Source of the DNA: Leptogorgia sarmentosa
Taxonomy: Eukaryota
NCBI GenBank assembly: GCA_964658305.1
Contig: OZ210885.1
Coordinates: forward strand, 12,214,001-12,278,000
Direction of reading: 5' to 3'
DNA length: 64,000 bases
A program made the position numbers and the translations under genes. A model generated the notes under the pieces. That model worked only from the letters and a program-made list of their open reading frames with translations. It was not told the DNA's origin and did no database searches. Shown piece by piece: positions 13,925-27,900 of this stretch (positions within the stretch are counted from its first letter, which is position 1; every line of letters begins with the position of its first letter).

Positions 13925-14445
13925 GTAAAACTTTATTTCAACACATTAGCAACTTAAGTGGGACGTGTATTTACAAAATTACTACTACATACAAACATTC
14001 CTGTCAAATATACAGTTAGCTATATAAGTTAATTATTAGGTATTAGTCAGGCTGGCATTGGAAATGTGATTATTAAATATGGTCAGAGATTCACTATTCC
14101 TTACGTGTTCAGGTAAGGAATTTCACATTATAGGTCCTCTAAAACTAAAACATTTTTTGCGATATTCAGTTTCCGGACGCGGAAGATAATGAGCAGTGTC
14201 GATCGGACCCTGGTAAATTATAGTGATGAATACTATTAGACATAATTAGAATGTCGCGTAGTTTTGTTGGTGCCATGTTATGCAAAATCTTATACATAAG
14301 TCTGGCTATGATTTAGGTGGGCCCTTTGTTCTTGAAGGGTATTCCATCCATGAAGACCACGGGCCAAAACTGATGGACCATGCTCGTTTTTGCAATTCAT
14401 TATGATTATGGCACATCTGTTATGAAGCTTCTGCAATCGGTTTAA
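13925..14445 (-). mobile_element. Degraded 3' end of a non-LTR retrotransposon (CR1/L2-like)
   Basis: Minus-strand LQKLHNRCA...LPRPETEYRKKCFSFRGP..NSLPEHVRNSESLTIF, with AATAAA near the 3' end. Confidence 0.65.
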
Positions 14446-14763
14446 AATTTATGTTATGCAAAGTCTTTAAAATTTTGGCCTCGAATGTAAACATGAATTT
14501 TTTGGGAAAAAACTCAATGAGAGGAGATTCTGTTCTCGATGGTGGTGGCTGAGTGTTTAAAGTGACAGATTCAAGGTCCAAGTTTTCCATCTACAAAATC
14601 AACGAAAAGAAGTCCCGTTTTTTATTGTGTCAACTGTCAAGGTTATGAAACATCCCAAGAATGATTTTCTATTTGAATGTAATATTGAAAAAATAGAGGT
14701 CCGTGAATTGATTATAGCTGCGTTTGAAAGTATATGTACGTAATTAACCTAGTCGACTACACA

Positions 14764-14835
14764 GGGAGTGTAACTCAGTGGTAGAGCATTCGACTGCAGA
14801 TCGAGAGGTCGGTGGTTCAAACCCGCCCGCTCCTT
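14764..14835 (+). tRNA. tRNA-Cys(GCA), D-stem mismatch, isolated copy
   Basis: GGGAGTGTAACTCAGTGGTAGAGCATTCGACTGCAGATCGAGAGGTCGGTGGTTCAAACCCGCCCGCTCCTT. Confidence 0.8.
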
Positions 14836-15334
14836 CTTATTCTACCTATAAACTGGAAAACTTGCAAATTCTTTAAAGCGGCCTGATGTGAAATATGCGA
14901 CCAAAACGGTTAAGATGCATATACTACGATTCTTGTTAAACATATCCACTGATACTTGAAAACGATTAGTCATAAACAATGAATATATTTGAATTTTCGT
15001 TCGAGTAACAGTTTTTTAGACACACATATAAAGAAGGTTTGGCTGAGTAACCATGGAAACCGTGCATATGAAGTTCATATGTTTGGAATCAGCAAGTGAT
15101 CTTGTATCATATGCAACCTGAACAGTCCAAAATACGTACAATGAAAAATTTCAATCATGTTGTCCCAGGCCTTTCTCATCACGTTGTTGGTAGTAGCTTT
15201 TTTTTCAATTAACAGATATGAAATGCTGCAAGCAAATAATCCGGTTCTTTCACCCGAAATTTCCAGTCATTTCCAAACATTTAGGGGTAAGGCATTCAGT
15301 GTAACCCATTTTAACATTTTAAATGACCAATCAC

Positions 15335-15986
15335 CAGCCTCGTACCCAGGCGCTTCTTAGCTTAGAGAGATTAGCAAGAATCCAGATAAATATATAGAGA
15401 TCGGGCGCGAGCGCGCAAGGGTTGATGGGCAGGCGCGACGGATTTGTGGAGCGCCTGGCAGAATATGCAAATTTCCGTGTCCCACTTTTGCAAAAAGTGG
15501 TCTGCGTATGAAAACCTTGAAAATGTGATAATTTTTGAAAACTCTCGCACCGGTTGCACTTAAATATGGATGATTTGGAAAGATCGCTTCAGGAATTATC
15601 TTTCGAAGGTAGTTTTATACTGTCATCTTGATTTTATGACGATTCTGGCAAATCTCGCTTCGCATACACAGTTACACACTACGTTGTTTCAATTCGTTTA
15701 AATATTTCGCTTCAATAGCATCGTCGAGTTCGGAAGAAGAAATTACACCGTTCGGAATAATGTACCGCTCGATGGACTGGCCTGTCAATTTCATCAAGAA
15801 CAGAAATTTCCTCATTTGCATTTATGAATATGGACAAGTCGCCCGCCATGTTTGTTGCATATTCTGCCAGGCGCTTCCTTCGTCGCGCCTGCCCATCAAC
15901 CCTTGCGCGCTCGCGCCCGATCTCTATATATTTATCTGGATTCTTGCTAATCTCTCTAAGCTAAGAAGCGCCTGGGTACGAGGCAG
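15335..15986. mobile_element. Long-TIR non-autonomous DNA transposon, 8-9-bp TSD (superfamily uncertain, possibly AcademH-like)
   Basis: ~135-bp TIRs starting CAGCCTCGTACCCAGGCGCTTC. TSD (A/G)CCAATCAC. Internal part resembles 31183-31350. Confidence 0.8.
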
Positions 15987-16002
15987 GCCAATCACATCAT
16001 AG

Positions 16003-17135
16003 GTAGCCCAACAAGCCGCACGCATGACGTAACATTCAGTAGTATAAGGGACCGTTCATTTAATATGTCGGAGGGTGGGGACAGTAAGAATATAGGGGGG
16101 TTGTACGATTTTTAATGTATATTGGGGGGGGGGCAAGAAGAATTTTAAGTGGTGAAGAGGGGGGGCATATAAATTTCTGGTACAGCCTACAAACTTGCAA
16201 AAAGGATTTTATTAATTCCAACAGAATCTCAAAAGTAGATTACAATGACATAATACAGGATGAAAAATCAGATTTGCAGTACATTGGCAACCTGGTGCCA
16301 ATTTGCAAATGCTGTGAAGGCAACAATTCCAAGTAGAAACGACCAACTATTTACTTGGTCGTTTCTACGTTTCACCTAAATCAAAGAGATTCATCGGCCT
16401 TGCTCTCTAAAAGTTAAATCGTAATATTCAAAGTGCAATAGCCAGATAAATTTCGATTATTACCCTTTTGTACTCCCACCTTCCAAATTTGCGTTAAGTG
16501 GGAGTGAGGGGGGGGGATCATACAATTTCCACTCTCCTTTGCGGAGGGGGGGGGGGTTCAGACGATTTTCTTCTGATATTTAGGGGGGGGGCTATATGAT
16601 TTTGTTTAAGATTATGAAAGGTTTACCGGTCCCCCCTCCGACATATTAAATGAAAGGTCCCTAATATGATAAGGTTGGCAAGTAAATAATAATATCACTC
16701 ACTACGGCTTAAAATAAGTCGAAAAAATCTACATCTCGTAAACAAACTTGGCTAAAAATTGCAGGCCCTGCTTCTCGGAGCAATCCTATTGGTGGGCTGT
16801 TCTGTCGGGTTTTTTATAACCAATAGGATTGCGTATTCTTCATTTCAAACGGCAATTTTGCACGACAACATGCATCCAGCATCGTGACGCGGCATTTCCA
16901 AAGAAACCTTTCGTTTTTTCCGACTTTCTCACTCGTTTTGTAACCAGAAAACGTTGTACATATTTAGTAATACTACCCTCGAAGTAGCTATGGCTGCTAT
17001 TTTTTAGCGAAGTTTGTTCACGAGACGTTGATTTTTTCGACTTGTTTGAGCGGTAGTGACTGATATTTTTTACTAGCCAACCTTATCATATTTTACTACT
17101 GCGTGTTACGTCATGCGTGCGGCTTGTAGGGCTAC
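16003..17135. mobile_element. Foldback element with long imperfect TIRs, interrupted by a MITE
   Basis: GTAGCCCAACAAGCCGCACGCATGACGTAACA...ATGATAAGGTTGGC is mirrored at ~16990-17135. Confidence 0.7.
16048..16661. mobile_element. PIF/Harbinger-like MITE nested in the foldback element
   Basis: TIR GGGACCGTTCATTTAATATGTCGGAGGG / CCCTCCGACATATTAAATGAAAGGTCCC. TAA TSD on both sides. G-tracts. Confidence 0.85.
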
Positions 17136-20100
17136 TGAGATAATATGTACTCACTGCGTACCTAGTTTTGTAATTCTGCTCTCCGATTGTTGTTCGTAAG
17201 ATCTTCGTAGATTGTCGTCACTTCTTCCAATAATGACGTCATGTTATTTTGAGGCTCGGGGAATTTCGCAGAAGAGGCGTCTAGTCTTCTTGCTGGAATT
17301 TCAGAAGGTATTTTACAACATCAACAGAAATTTATTGCTTATCTTTCGAACAAGATTCGAAACCGTTCTAAAATCTTTCGTTGTTTGGTTTCACGGACAC
17401 AGAAAAGTCGCAATTCAAGGTATTGTTGCAATTTGAACTTTCATTTACGGTCAGTTATATTTTATTCAACTTGAGACATTATCTTGTGATCATTGCAGTA
17501 TGTTTTATTAAAGACATTGATGCAATCTTATATTGAAATTTCTCTGTCTTCTGGCAAATTTGTTGTGAATATTTTGAGTGTTTACTTTGGTTATATTGCA
17601 CTTTATTTGTTTCATTTGATGAAATCAAAGTGCTTGTAAAATATACAGTCATGTAGTACTGTTGATTTATGATGAATATGAAAGTAAACATATTTTCATG
17701 TATGCCATTAGATTATTGTGGGTTTATTATGTCATAGATGATATTGATTGTCACATTAATTCTTGACATGAAAAAGCTGAGGCCTTTGTTGATTCTGTGT
17801 CGTTCAAATGATTTAGTAAATGTGCAGTCCACAGTAATGTCATGCATTCTATAATGATGCACAAATGCGGAAGATAATTGCCAGATAACCTGTACTGATT
17901 TTTAGTAATAATATGTCTTGTGTCTTTGAATGCAAATCATAGAGTACACCTGTTGAGATTGCAACCAGAAACAGTAAAGGGAAAATCATCAACTATTAGT
18001 GCTGTGTGGCTTAGTGTTCAAAGCAGAGCAGAGCATCAGCATCATACAGACATACATAGGTTTGTTTCCTGGCAGGGAATCTTATAGTTGATGAATTATT
18101 CTCAACTGCCCCTTGTTGGGATTTTAACAATCCCTCATGCGTACAGGGGCGCTTGAGCAACAAGGGCAACTGATTGTAACAACCTGCTGCCCTAACATTG
18201 CGAGGGCAACTGATTCACATGTGAACAAAAAACCCACATGAAATGACATTTGTAAGACTGTAACCCTATGGAACCCCACACAGGGTCTTGACTCTGACAC
18301 TTTAGTGCCCTTTCCACAAAGTTTTCCCTGCCATCTGGTGCCCCTGCACTTGTATAATTTTTACTCGATAGTAAGACACATAACTCCCCTCAAAATTTTT
18401 CACATTGAATGAAGTTCTATAAAACCATAATGATTTATCCTCAACCTATACTGATGTTATATTTCACTGCAAATTTCAAATGACAATTGAATTTGGGTTG
18501 TGTTTACCTGATTTAGATCAGACCTACAAATTTCATGTGTGTTTTGAAATCATAAGGCTAATAAGGGATTGGATTAGATTTGACTACATCAATCTGAATT
18601 GAGTTACAACTCATTCTGGATTGAGTCAATTTTGATTTTGATTTCAATCTGGATGGATTGAATTGCTGATTGAAAATAATGCATTGAATGTGAAATCCTA
18701 ATTTTATTGCAGAAAGAATATGACTGAGCCTGAAACTGCAAAACAAATCATGCATGTTTTTTGCCCACATGTTTTCATTCCTGAAATTGCAGTTTGCATG
18801 TACATAAACTGTCAAGCTAGTCGCTAGACATGAGTTTCTTTCTGCCACTTACTGGAAAAATCCCCCTGCCTCTCGCACATTTTACTTTAATTTTCATTGT
18901 CAGATTTGTTAGCTTATTATAAGTATTATAAACTGTTTGAATCTATAAAACCTGATTGTCAGGAATTGTAACCATGAGATCCCAGACCAGCATTCTGACC
19001 GACCGAGCTATAGAAGTCACTTGTTGAGTAATAACTTTAAGTTCATGTAGATTTATCTTGTGTTTGTGCAGATGGTTGGTTGTTATTGCTTAGTTGTTAT
19101 ATAATACTGCCCAAACAAAATCAAACTGCCACAGATACTGCCAAAGAACATTAAGTGTTTTATTTCCCATCCCCGGTCATGATCAGGTCTAAAACATGGT
19201 AGCTACAGTATATATAATCCTCACATTGATTACCTCATTTATTATATATTGTGTACTTTGCCGATATCTTAGAGTATAGATGGGGGGTGGGGGAGAACAA
19301 GGGGAGGGGGGACTGATTTTTTAGTTTGGGTCATGTTACAATAAAGTAGACCACAACATTTAGTTGGTCTATGAAACATCAATGAAATTGTTGATTTCTT
19401 GTCAAAATTAACACTGGCTCTGCCCCATTTTCTTATCTCTTTATAGAAATGTGATTGGTTCAGCTGTTGACATCATTGAACAACAATACAGAGTGTGAAA
19501 AACTTGATTTTCAACCTGAATCAAGGCTGCCAAATTAGAACATTTAGTTTCCTGAGATTATAAAATAAATTAAGGTAAGTTAATTGTCTGGTAACAAACT
19601 TCAGAATGTGGTCAGTATTACCAGCGGATAACAGAATCGACAAGCATGAGGTGCTCCTTGATCGAGAATCAGTGTTGATAGTTAAGGAAAAGTGCACATA
19701 TTATTTTTATGAGGGTGAACATGTTAACATCTTTGTTGTCAATGGTTTTCCAATATGGTTTTTATTTTAGTCACCTACATATATAGATTACTTAATGCAA
19801 TTGTATATATAACCCCATGTGTCTCTCATCTCCCACAATATTTCCTGGCAAAGGGCCCAGTTGTTCAAAATGTCAAACCTTGTGGTTTCATTTAATGTGT
19901 AGATAGTGGAAAAAAAATTTGCTGGTTGTCGATAATCAGTCATCGCACTCAGACATTAACCCAATTTCAACATAATGTTAAAATTAGGATTTCATTTTTA
20001 GTGCAAAGTTTCAAAGAAACTTTGTGCAGTATTGTGATGAGTGGCGAAAATTCACATCAGTCATGTAGTCATTCAGTCATTCATAGTGTAAACTCCGGGG

Positions 20101-21114
20101 GGAGCGTCCCAAATTCTCCTGACATGCGAAACTCGGTATTTGACTGATATCCTTGAAATGTTTGAACAAAAATGATTCGATTGCAGTTATATATCGTTGC
20201 TCATCATTATTCGCAGTTGTTCTCATTGATATGAAAGTTTGTTAGAAGTGAAATGTGATCAAAGAAGCGCAGAAATACAGTACGCAATGGCGGACGCCCC
20301 TCCGGAATTTCAGTTTTTGGAAAAATTGCAACTCAGCACTTTTGGGGAATGAAATTACACAATATGGCGGACGCTATGAGTGGGGCCGTGAATCAGTAAT
20401 TCACTGACTGTGATGATAATATAATGTGGCCAACATGTCTGAATGCGTTGATAAAACAGTTAAAATGTTCTTTATATATCAGCAATGAATCTAGAGATTT
20501 GAATTAGTAGAAAACTTGTATTTGTCATGGACAGTTTAGTACTGTTAACAGCCGCCGTGCGTATTTATATTAAAAATTTAGTTGGCCGACATTGCGGGCA
20601 AACTAAAATGTGTAACACAGTAGAACTCGTCATATATTTTAAATTGGTTGATGATAGGCAACATATTTGCGAGCTTTCGCATTTATAGCTTTCGTGTTTG
20701 TTTTCGCTGTCTCCGACTCGACAACACTGGTCGACGGCATCACAAAGCTTGGGCTGTTTGTTTGCCCGAAAATACCGGGGATTTACAGAATTTTCGATAC
20801 TAAATGAACTAAACAACATATAGGCATACAAAAGTAAATTTAACGTTGGCTGATACTGTGAATAAACTGGATATTTTATTAAGAGGCAGAAGTAGCGTGC
20901 CACATTGTGATTTAACTCTTTTAAGATCATTTGTTCAGTATGTGTATATAATTTCAAAAAAGTCAGAGGTCAGAGATTTATCTGATTTGCTTTACACGCG
21001 CGCTGCTGCGATGGCAGTTGCTTCCAGACAATAAAATAGTGATTATTTTATCGCATCACGTCAACAATGTTTCCTTAGTTTTCTTTTGAAAAATATGATT
21101 TTAATGTCCTCTAA

Positions 21115-21234
21115 GGCCTAGGTCAAACGTCGAACTTTTCAGGTGCCGAACCTAATGTTAATGAGCCAAGTTCTTTGTTTGAGCTCATTTGCATTAGGTT
21201 CAGCGCATGAAAAGTTCGACGTTCGACCTAGGCC
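21115..21234. mobile_element. 120-bp palindromic Harbinger-like MITE
   Basis: GGCCTAGGTCAAACGTCGAACTTTTCA...TGAAAAGTTCGACGTTCGACCTAGGCC. Flanks TAA/TTA. Confidence 0.8.
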
Positions 21235-23497
21235 TTAGAAACTTTGCACTATCCTTGGATCCCTAGTTTGTGGGTAGTTTCTCTCCTTTTGTATCTTTAT
21301 CTCCTTTTATATCTGTATTTCTAAATCTTCATGATTTTGCTGGTTCTTCCATTGCCACAAATTACCCATGATCTGAGATCTTGCCATGCTCTTGCCAAGA
21401 TTGTATTATCATTCAATCATGATCTTGTAAGATCCTGGGAAAACACATATTAAAGGCCTCGACAAAATTTTCCCAAAATGTTGCAAGATTCATGCAAGAT
21501 TTATCTTCATAAAGTCTCACCATGTGTGATCAGCAGAAGATTGGACGTTTTGAGCGAAGGCCCTTCATTGGGAGTTACTTAATTACAAATTGCTGCCGGA
21601 AGGTGGGCCTTTACTTGAAATGTCAAATGTGTCGTTTAAGTAGAACCTTTCTTTGCTGTGTGTTGATGTTGTTATCAGCTTCTCTTTGACGTTCGAGATC
21701 TTTTCATAATCTTTCTGGATCATCACATGTTGTTGTTGGTGAAAAACAAGCATGGAAAAAGTGGTCTGATGCTTAAAATGTATATACAGATGTATACGGA
21801 TGTATATATGGTGAATGTATTTCTATCGTATGCCTTTTGGTGATGAATAGTGACAGTGCTTGTATTTACTAATGAATTTTGAAATCTTCTTTAATTCTGA
21901 ATGTGTGTAGTTGCTTGTCCACCACGAAACGAAAGGCAAAAACCATATTTATTTGCGTTTGTAGGGAGTTCAATTCAAATTTGTCATTTGAGTTCAACGT
22001 TAAATTCAACTTTTCTGATGGTAGGATCGTATTAACGTAGAAAGGTATGTAAGAAACAACATTGACAGATAGATTATAGAATCCTTTATTTTAAGCATTT
22101 GAATAAGGCCCTTAATCGAGCAAAACGGGCATCACTATTGATTACACCGATATTCTTCTGTCTCGCGTATCCCGGGAGTCTGCAAGTATTCTACTGTGCA
22201 CTTGAGGCCATCCTTATTGTACACTAAATCTTGTTTCACTGCTACAATATTTAAATAATTGCTACTATCACTGTTGTGCGAAGACTCTTGATTGACAAAT
22301 TTGTACCATATCCAACAAGAAATTTTTTGCCAAAAATACACATCCTAAAAGATCAAAGTAGCTAATGAAACTTTTTTTTTTGACTTCATGATATATTTCT
22401 GATTTCTCTAGGAACAATCTTTACTCCGGTCGCCTCTTGTGGAAATCAACCTAAGTTTTTGGTAAGTGTGTTAGTATATAATTTTTCAACGACTTATCTA
22501 TCTATCTAGTACCTCTGCAAAACGGACATTGTTGGTATTTTAGTTTTTTGATGTGTTGGCGTAACCTATAGCTAAAATATGTAGTGTTGGTTGACCTCAT
22601 TCATCGTCCGTAATTCATCAACTATTTTAAATCCTCGCTTCGACATCCCCAGACACGGTTGATCCTACAAGATCATGTCGAGATTCCTTCATGATTCAGT
22701 CGTGATTTGTAAAATACTGGTAATAAAAGACCTTGAGCCATGGTATTAGAAGCAAACATCGTGTAATTGTGTCCATTATTAGCATTGCATGGGACTGTTG
22801 TTTCAGGTTTGCATGTTTTGTATGTATATAATGCGTCTTTGAATCGATATTTTGACATTGACACGGTATTGCTAAGTGAATTCCCAGCTACTGTATTCTT
22901 TGATCGTAATCATCAGACTACTTGGACTCGTCTTACAAGAATGTCTGTGTTCTCTCCAACTAGAGAATAATTGCCGGTTCAAATGATCCAAAAAAAACCG
23001 TCTGTCCTACCATCTTGAGCCCGCCCTCAACTATATATACACTTTATGTAAATAATTATTAACTGTCCGTAACAGTCTGTCTGAAATAAAGCTTGTTCTC
23101 TTTGAGTTACTTGACTTGTGAGAGAATGTAATTATGAGTATAGTCAGTGCACACAAACACCAGTACAAACACATTCAAACGAATTTTAACAGTATTAATT
23201 CTGAAATTACAGTTGTGATGTCTCAAACCTTATAAACCTTATTGCTGCCGAGCGCCAGCGAGGCAGCACACTATTCTTGACGTCACAAGGATTCCCCAGA
23301 GTTCACTCGACCCAGTCTTTTGCGCGGAACTATGTATAGTCGAAATCTCGATTTGTGTCTGTCCGGACGATAATTTTCCGGGGGAATTTCGCAATCTCCA
23401 GGTCATTTTAGAAAATGAGGGGTGCGGTCGAACAATAATTTGTGCTGCGCGCGCATGTTTTTTGCTCATCGATTCCATAATCCATGTGCTCGCGTTC

Positions 23498-23720
23498 GGC
23501 CGGTTGTATCAAAGACGTTTAGCTTTTAAACGGTGGATAAGCAAAATTTTAAAAACACTTCTATTCATTTTGTAAATAATTGCTCGTAGTTCTATCTCTA
23601 TGCATAGTTGTTATGTTTACACAGAAAAGTTTAGTCCCCTTGTAGTCAATACTTCATAATTTCGTTGGATATTTTCGACTTATCCAGCGCTTAAGCTTGA
23701 CGCCTTTGATACAACCGGCC
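23498..23720. mobile_element. MITE (Harbinger-like)
   Basis: TIR GGCCGGTTGTATCAAAG / CTTTGATACAACCGGCC. A related decayed element lies near 38690-38835. Confidence 0.7.
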
Positions 23721-24973
23721 CCTGGTGTTTGTCCTTTCTTCCGATTGTCTTAATTCTGGGGAACAGTACAATTTTTTGAGGGTGGAGGAATCAAACCATA
23801 TTTTTGTATCTGCGCACGCAGTCTCGCAGACATATTGCTATCCAACTATATATTGCTAGCCCTAATAGACACACTGTTAAGGTTAGTGTTTACTGTACCA
23901 TTACTAATAGTATAGTGAGCACAGAACACTAACCGTAACAGTAAACCTTCACCCTAACTAGCGTGCTGTATGAGACATAAACACAATATGCGTATCGAAT
24001 CGCATTTTGAATTGTTATGTTGAACTTGCGATTGTCTTTTAACGAACGAGACATAAACGTGGTAAACTTAATCACTTTGTATGATCGTATCACGAAGGCT
24101 CAAGGCTGTCAAACGCGTGCTTTCTGAACACTCGGGTATATCACATTTCACTTCCTGTGATCGTAATAAAAAAATGTATCATGCCCATGCTTTTTAAAAA
24201 CTCGGATATATTACATGCGTGATTTTTTTGATTTCGTATCACGATAGCATGTCACTGTTTCAAAAGTGGACGGGTATTCTACAACACAGCCGGGATTTTA
24301 AAGTTGGTGCGCTACGGCAGCAGTTTTCTTGCGATAGTAACTCCTAGTAGTAGTTTACATCTCATTTGGTTTCAGGATTCTCCGGCACAAGAACGCGTTT
24401 TTTTACCAAAAAGGGAACGCATAACCATTTCGAAGCTTCGTCTGGAACGCTTCAGAACGCATTTTGGAACGCGTTACGCAACTTTAGGAGCAGTAGCTAC
24501 CTTATACCACTAGTTTTGAAAAGCGATTTAGATTATTATTCTACAACTGAGGATGCAAATTATTTACCTTCGTACATTTAATAGTGGAAAGCTCAAAGAA
24601 ATTTGGAATGAGCGCAAAAACCAGTCATTGCATTCATGTGTTTCAGGTCATCATTTCTGTATTTACAAGCTAAATTCACCGTTTCTATTGGAAATTACCA
24701 ACAGAATATCGGGCCACCTCACACTTTGCAACCTGGTGGCAAGTGGCAGCGATCGTCTGTACCCATGTGTTTTTTATATTGACTACCTCCTTACCAACTT
24801 ACTTCACGTGATACGACCAATTCACAAAACCTGACTTTACTTTTCCGAGTTTCTCGCGCAATTTTCTGTTTGTTTAGATGCCAGAAAGTGAGATGAGAAC
24901 AACATTCAATAAATTTTATCTTGCTATATTATATTGACATTCGTTTTGTTGTTTAGAATCGATCGAGAGAAGA

Positions 24974-27900
24974 ATGGATCCATTACAAGCACAAGCAAAT
25001 TATTCCAAGGTATGCCAACTGTTGATAAACAAAGGAGGTGAAGCGTTGAGACGTGTTTTACAAACTAAGATACGCACAAGTCCCCCACCTTCAACGTTAG
25101 ATTCCCTTTTGAATACACACAAGAAATCCTTACAGAAGATAAGATACAGTGTAATCAACGCCGCACAATGGAAATTACTCTTTCCAGCATCAGGCTCAGC
25201 TGATTCAAACAACTTTGATATAACGTTGCTCACTATCTTACTTCGAAATGTTTGTGGATTGTCTTCACCTGCGGCAGGATGGAATGTTATGCCTCTAGCT
25301 AGTGATACGTCTATTTCGGCGGACATTTTGCGAATAAAAATGTTTAGAAATGAGGTCTACGGTCACATATCAAGTGCCCAATTAGACGACACCAAGTTTG
25401 AAACATTGTGGCAAGAAATTTCACAACCTTTGATAAAGTTAGGAATTCCTCAACAAGATATTGATGATTTAAAGGAAGCTCTTCTCAGTCCTGAAGAAGG
25501 AAGTTATATTGCAAAGTTAAAAGAATGGAAAGAACTTGAAGATGACCTCATCTCAAAACAAAATGACATTCAACGAGAGGTTTTTAATCTAAATAGGAAG
25601 TGTCTCGATATCGGAGATTCTGTTGAAAACATTGAGGAAACGATAGCCCATATATCAGATTCCGTAGCCCGTGTTGAAAATACAGTTGTGAAGTTACAAA
25701 CCCAAAATGCAAAATCCCCAGGAGTTGACAAGTTAGCCAAATTTGTCTTCAAAGGGAAAGTTGAAGAGCTCAGTAAAAAATTTCAAAGTGGCACAAGGAG
25801 ATGGTTTTTTGACGACTTTAAAAAATGGTTTGATGATGAAAAATCAAGTGTTATCATCCTGACTGCAGGTCCTGGTGTTGGCAAAAGTGTTTTGTCTGCA
25901 AAAATCTGTGAGCTGTATGAAGACAGTGGTCAGCTTGCTGCTTGTCACTTTTGCGACTTCAAAACGTCTGATTACAGAGATCCTCACAGAATTCTTCAAT
26001 CTCTTGCAAGCCAAATGTCAGACAATGTCGATGGATTTCGTGATAAGTTAAGTGAAGTCCTTTCCCGGGAACATTCTCAAGTTGTGCTATCCGACGCATT
26101 TCGCGTTCTTTTACACGATCCATTGTCTGCCATCGACAGAACTGAGCCAATGCTGATCGTTGTCGACGCCTTGGACGAGAGCAGATTTGACCAGAAAAGT
26201 GAGTTTTTAGAATTGATCTCTGACGAGTTTCCCCAGCTGCCAAAATGGATTAAAATCTTCATTACGAGCAGACCTGAGCTGCAAGTGAGAAAGAAACTCA
26301 AACACTTTAATCTGGTAGAAATACATCCTAACAACAAAAAGCACAAGCATGACTTGGAGCAGTTCGTTATGTGTTGTTTGCCACATTTTTGCAAACATGT
26401 TGTACCGTCAATTGTAGAGAACTGTGATGGTTCGTTTCTTTACGCTTATTACTTAGTAAATGAGGTAAAGCATTTAGGAATTAAGCAAAACGTATTTAGG
26501 TATGTCCCTCAGGGTATTTCCGGATTTTACAAAAAACAGTTCGAACGTTTGAAAAAAGAACTTCAACGTTTTGAGCGGAATACAGAGGTAAGTATTTTTA
26601 AGACTTTTCTGAACCTCGTCGCTGCATCTGTGGGACACCTTCCACTTAGGCTTTGTTTTACTTGCATGGGTTTGTCCAATGAGCAGTTTGAAATACGTGA
26701 AGCGATTATCGGGATAATGTCAGAAATTCTTCCAGTTTACGATGATTGTCTAACTGTTTTCCATAAGTCATTGTGGGATTGGCTGAGATTAGATGGGTAT
26801 GAGGAGCATGCGTATGCTGCAGATGTTGTAGATGGCGGAACGCGTCTTTGGGATGCTTGTAAGAAGGTGTACATGGACATCGATTCCTTAAGTTCAGTTT
26901 CAGAATTCAAAATTTCACCAATGAAAAAGTATGCACTGGAGAAGGGTTGGCAATATTTGTTGAAGTTTGGCGATATACAGGATTTTCATTTCTTTTTGAA
27001 CGTCAAGGTAAATTATCTAAAGTTGAAATATTTTAATCTGGCAATGGATAAGTCATCCCTACTTTTGTGTCATATTCTTCTGGAATACAAATCAAGACTT
27101 CCTGACCATCTTTTCGTACGCCTTTTTCAACTTTATACATTTATGCATTTATATGAAATGCTTGACATTATTGACATGTTTGACCTTGACAGGACATCAT
27201 TGTGTGAAAGATATTTGCAATGTTTTGCAAACGAAATGTTTGGTTTGGTTCACAATTCCACTGTTTCCATGAAAGATGCAAGTGAAATACTGGATAAAAC
27301 AATTTGGCTTGAGAAAGTGACAAAAGAAACCAATTCCTGTCAAATTATTTCGAATGCTTTGTTGAAAGTGGAAGCAATATCATCCTCCCCAGACAATAAG
27401 CTGCTAGCATGTAGAGACAGAGAAAAAGTGGTAGTTTATGAATTACCAAGTCTTAAACTCATTTTCCAGCTGCATGTGACTGCGGAAAACATATATCGGC
27501 CATTTATTGTATTTTCTCCAGATTCTTCCTACTTTTTACTCAATTCACTCCAGAGTTGCATCTCTATTAGGAATCAAAGTGAAGTTCCTTTCATCCAACA
27601 TCGTCCGGACCAAATTTATTCCTGTTCGTTTTTCTCATCTGGAACACGACTTGTTTCATTTGGAGAAAAATCGATTGAAGTGTGGGATGTAAAAACGAAA
27701 GAGCTATTAGTGAAAAGTCAGCATGGACTCACCAGGTATTCACTTTCCCTCAGTATCTACGATTCTTATATTCTCGTTTTTGAGGTATTTGGTAGGCTTA
27801 ATGTTTTTGATTCAACAACGTTGCAACGAGTTGAGATAGCTCGCTCAGCTAAATATAAAAACTGCATTCAACTTATTTCGCCAGATGTTGTTTATGACGA

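Noticed and set aside
17990..19030. Possible tRNA-derived SINE relics near 18000-18130 and 18940-19030
   Set aside because: A and B boxes are too decayed and the boundaries cannot be defined by eye.
21540..21630. Two hammerhead-like remnants (GAAGGGCC...AAACGTC)
   Set aside because: The CUGANGA and GAAA cores are mutated; too degenerate to call.
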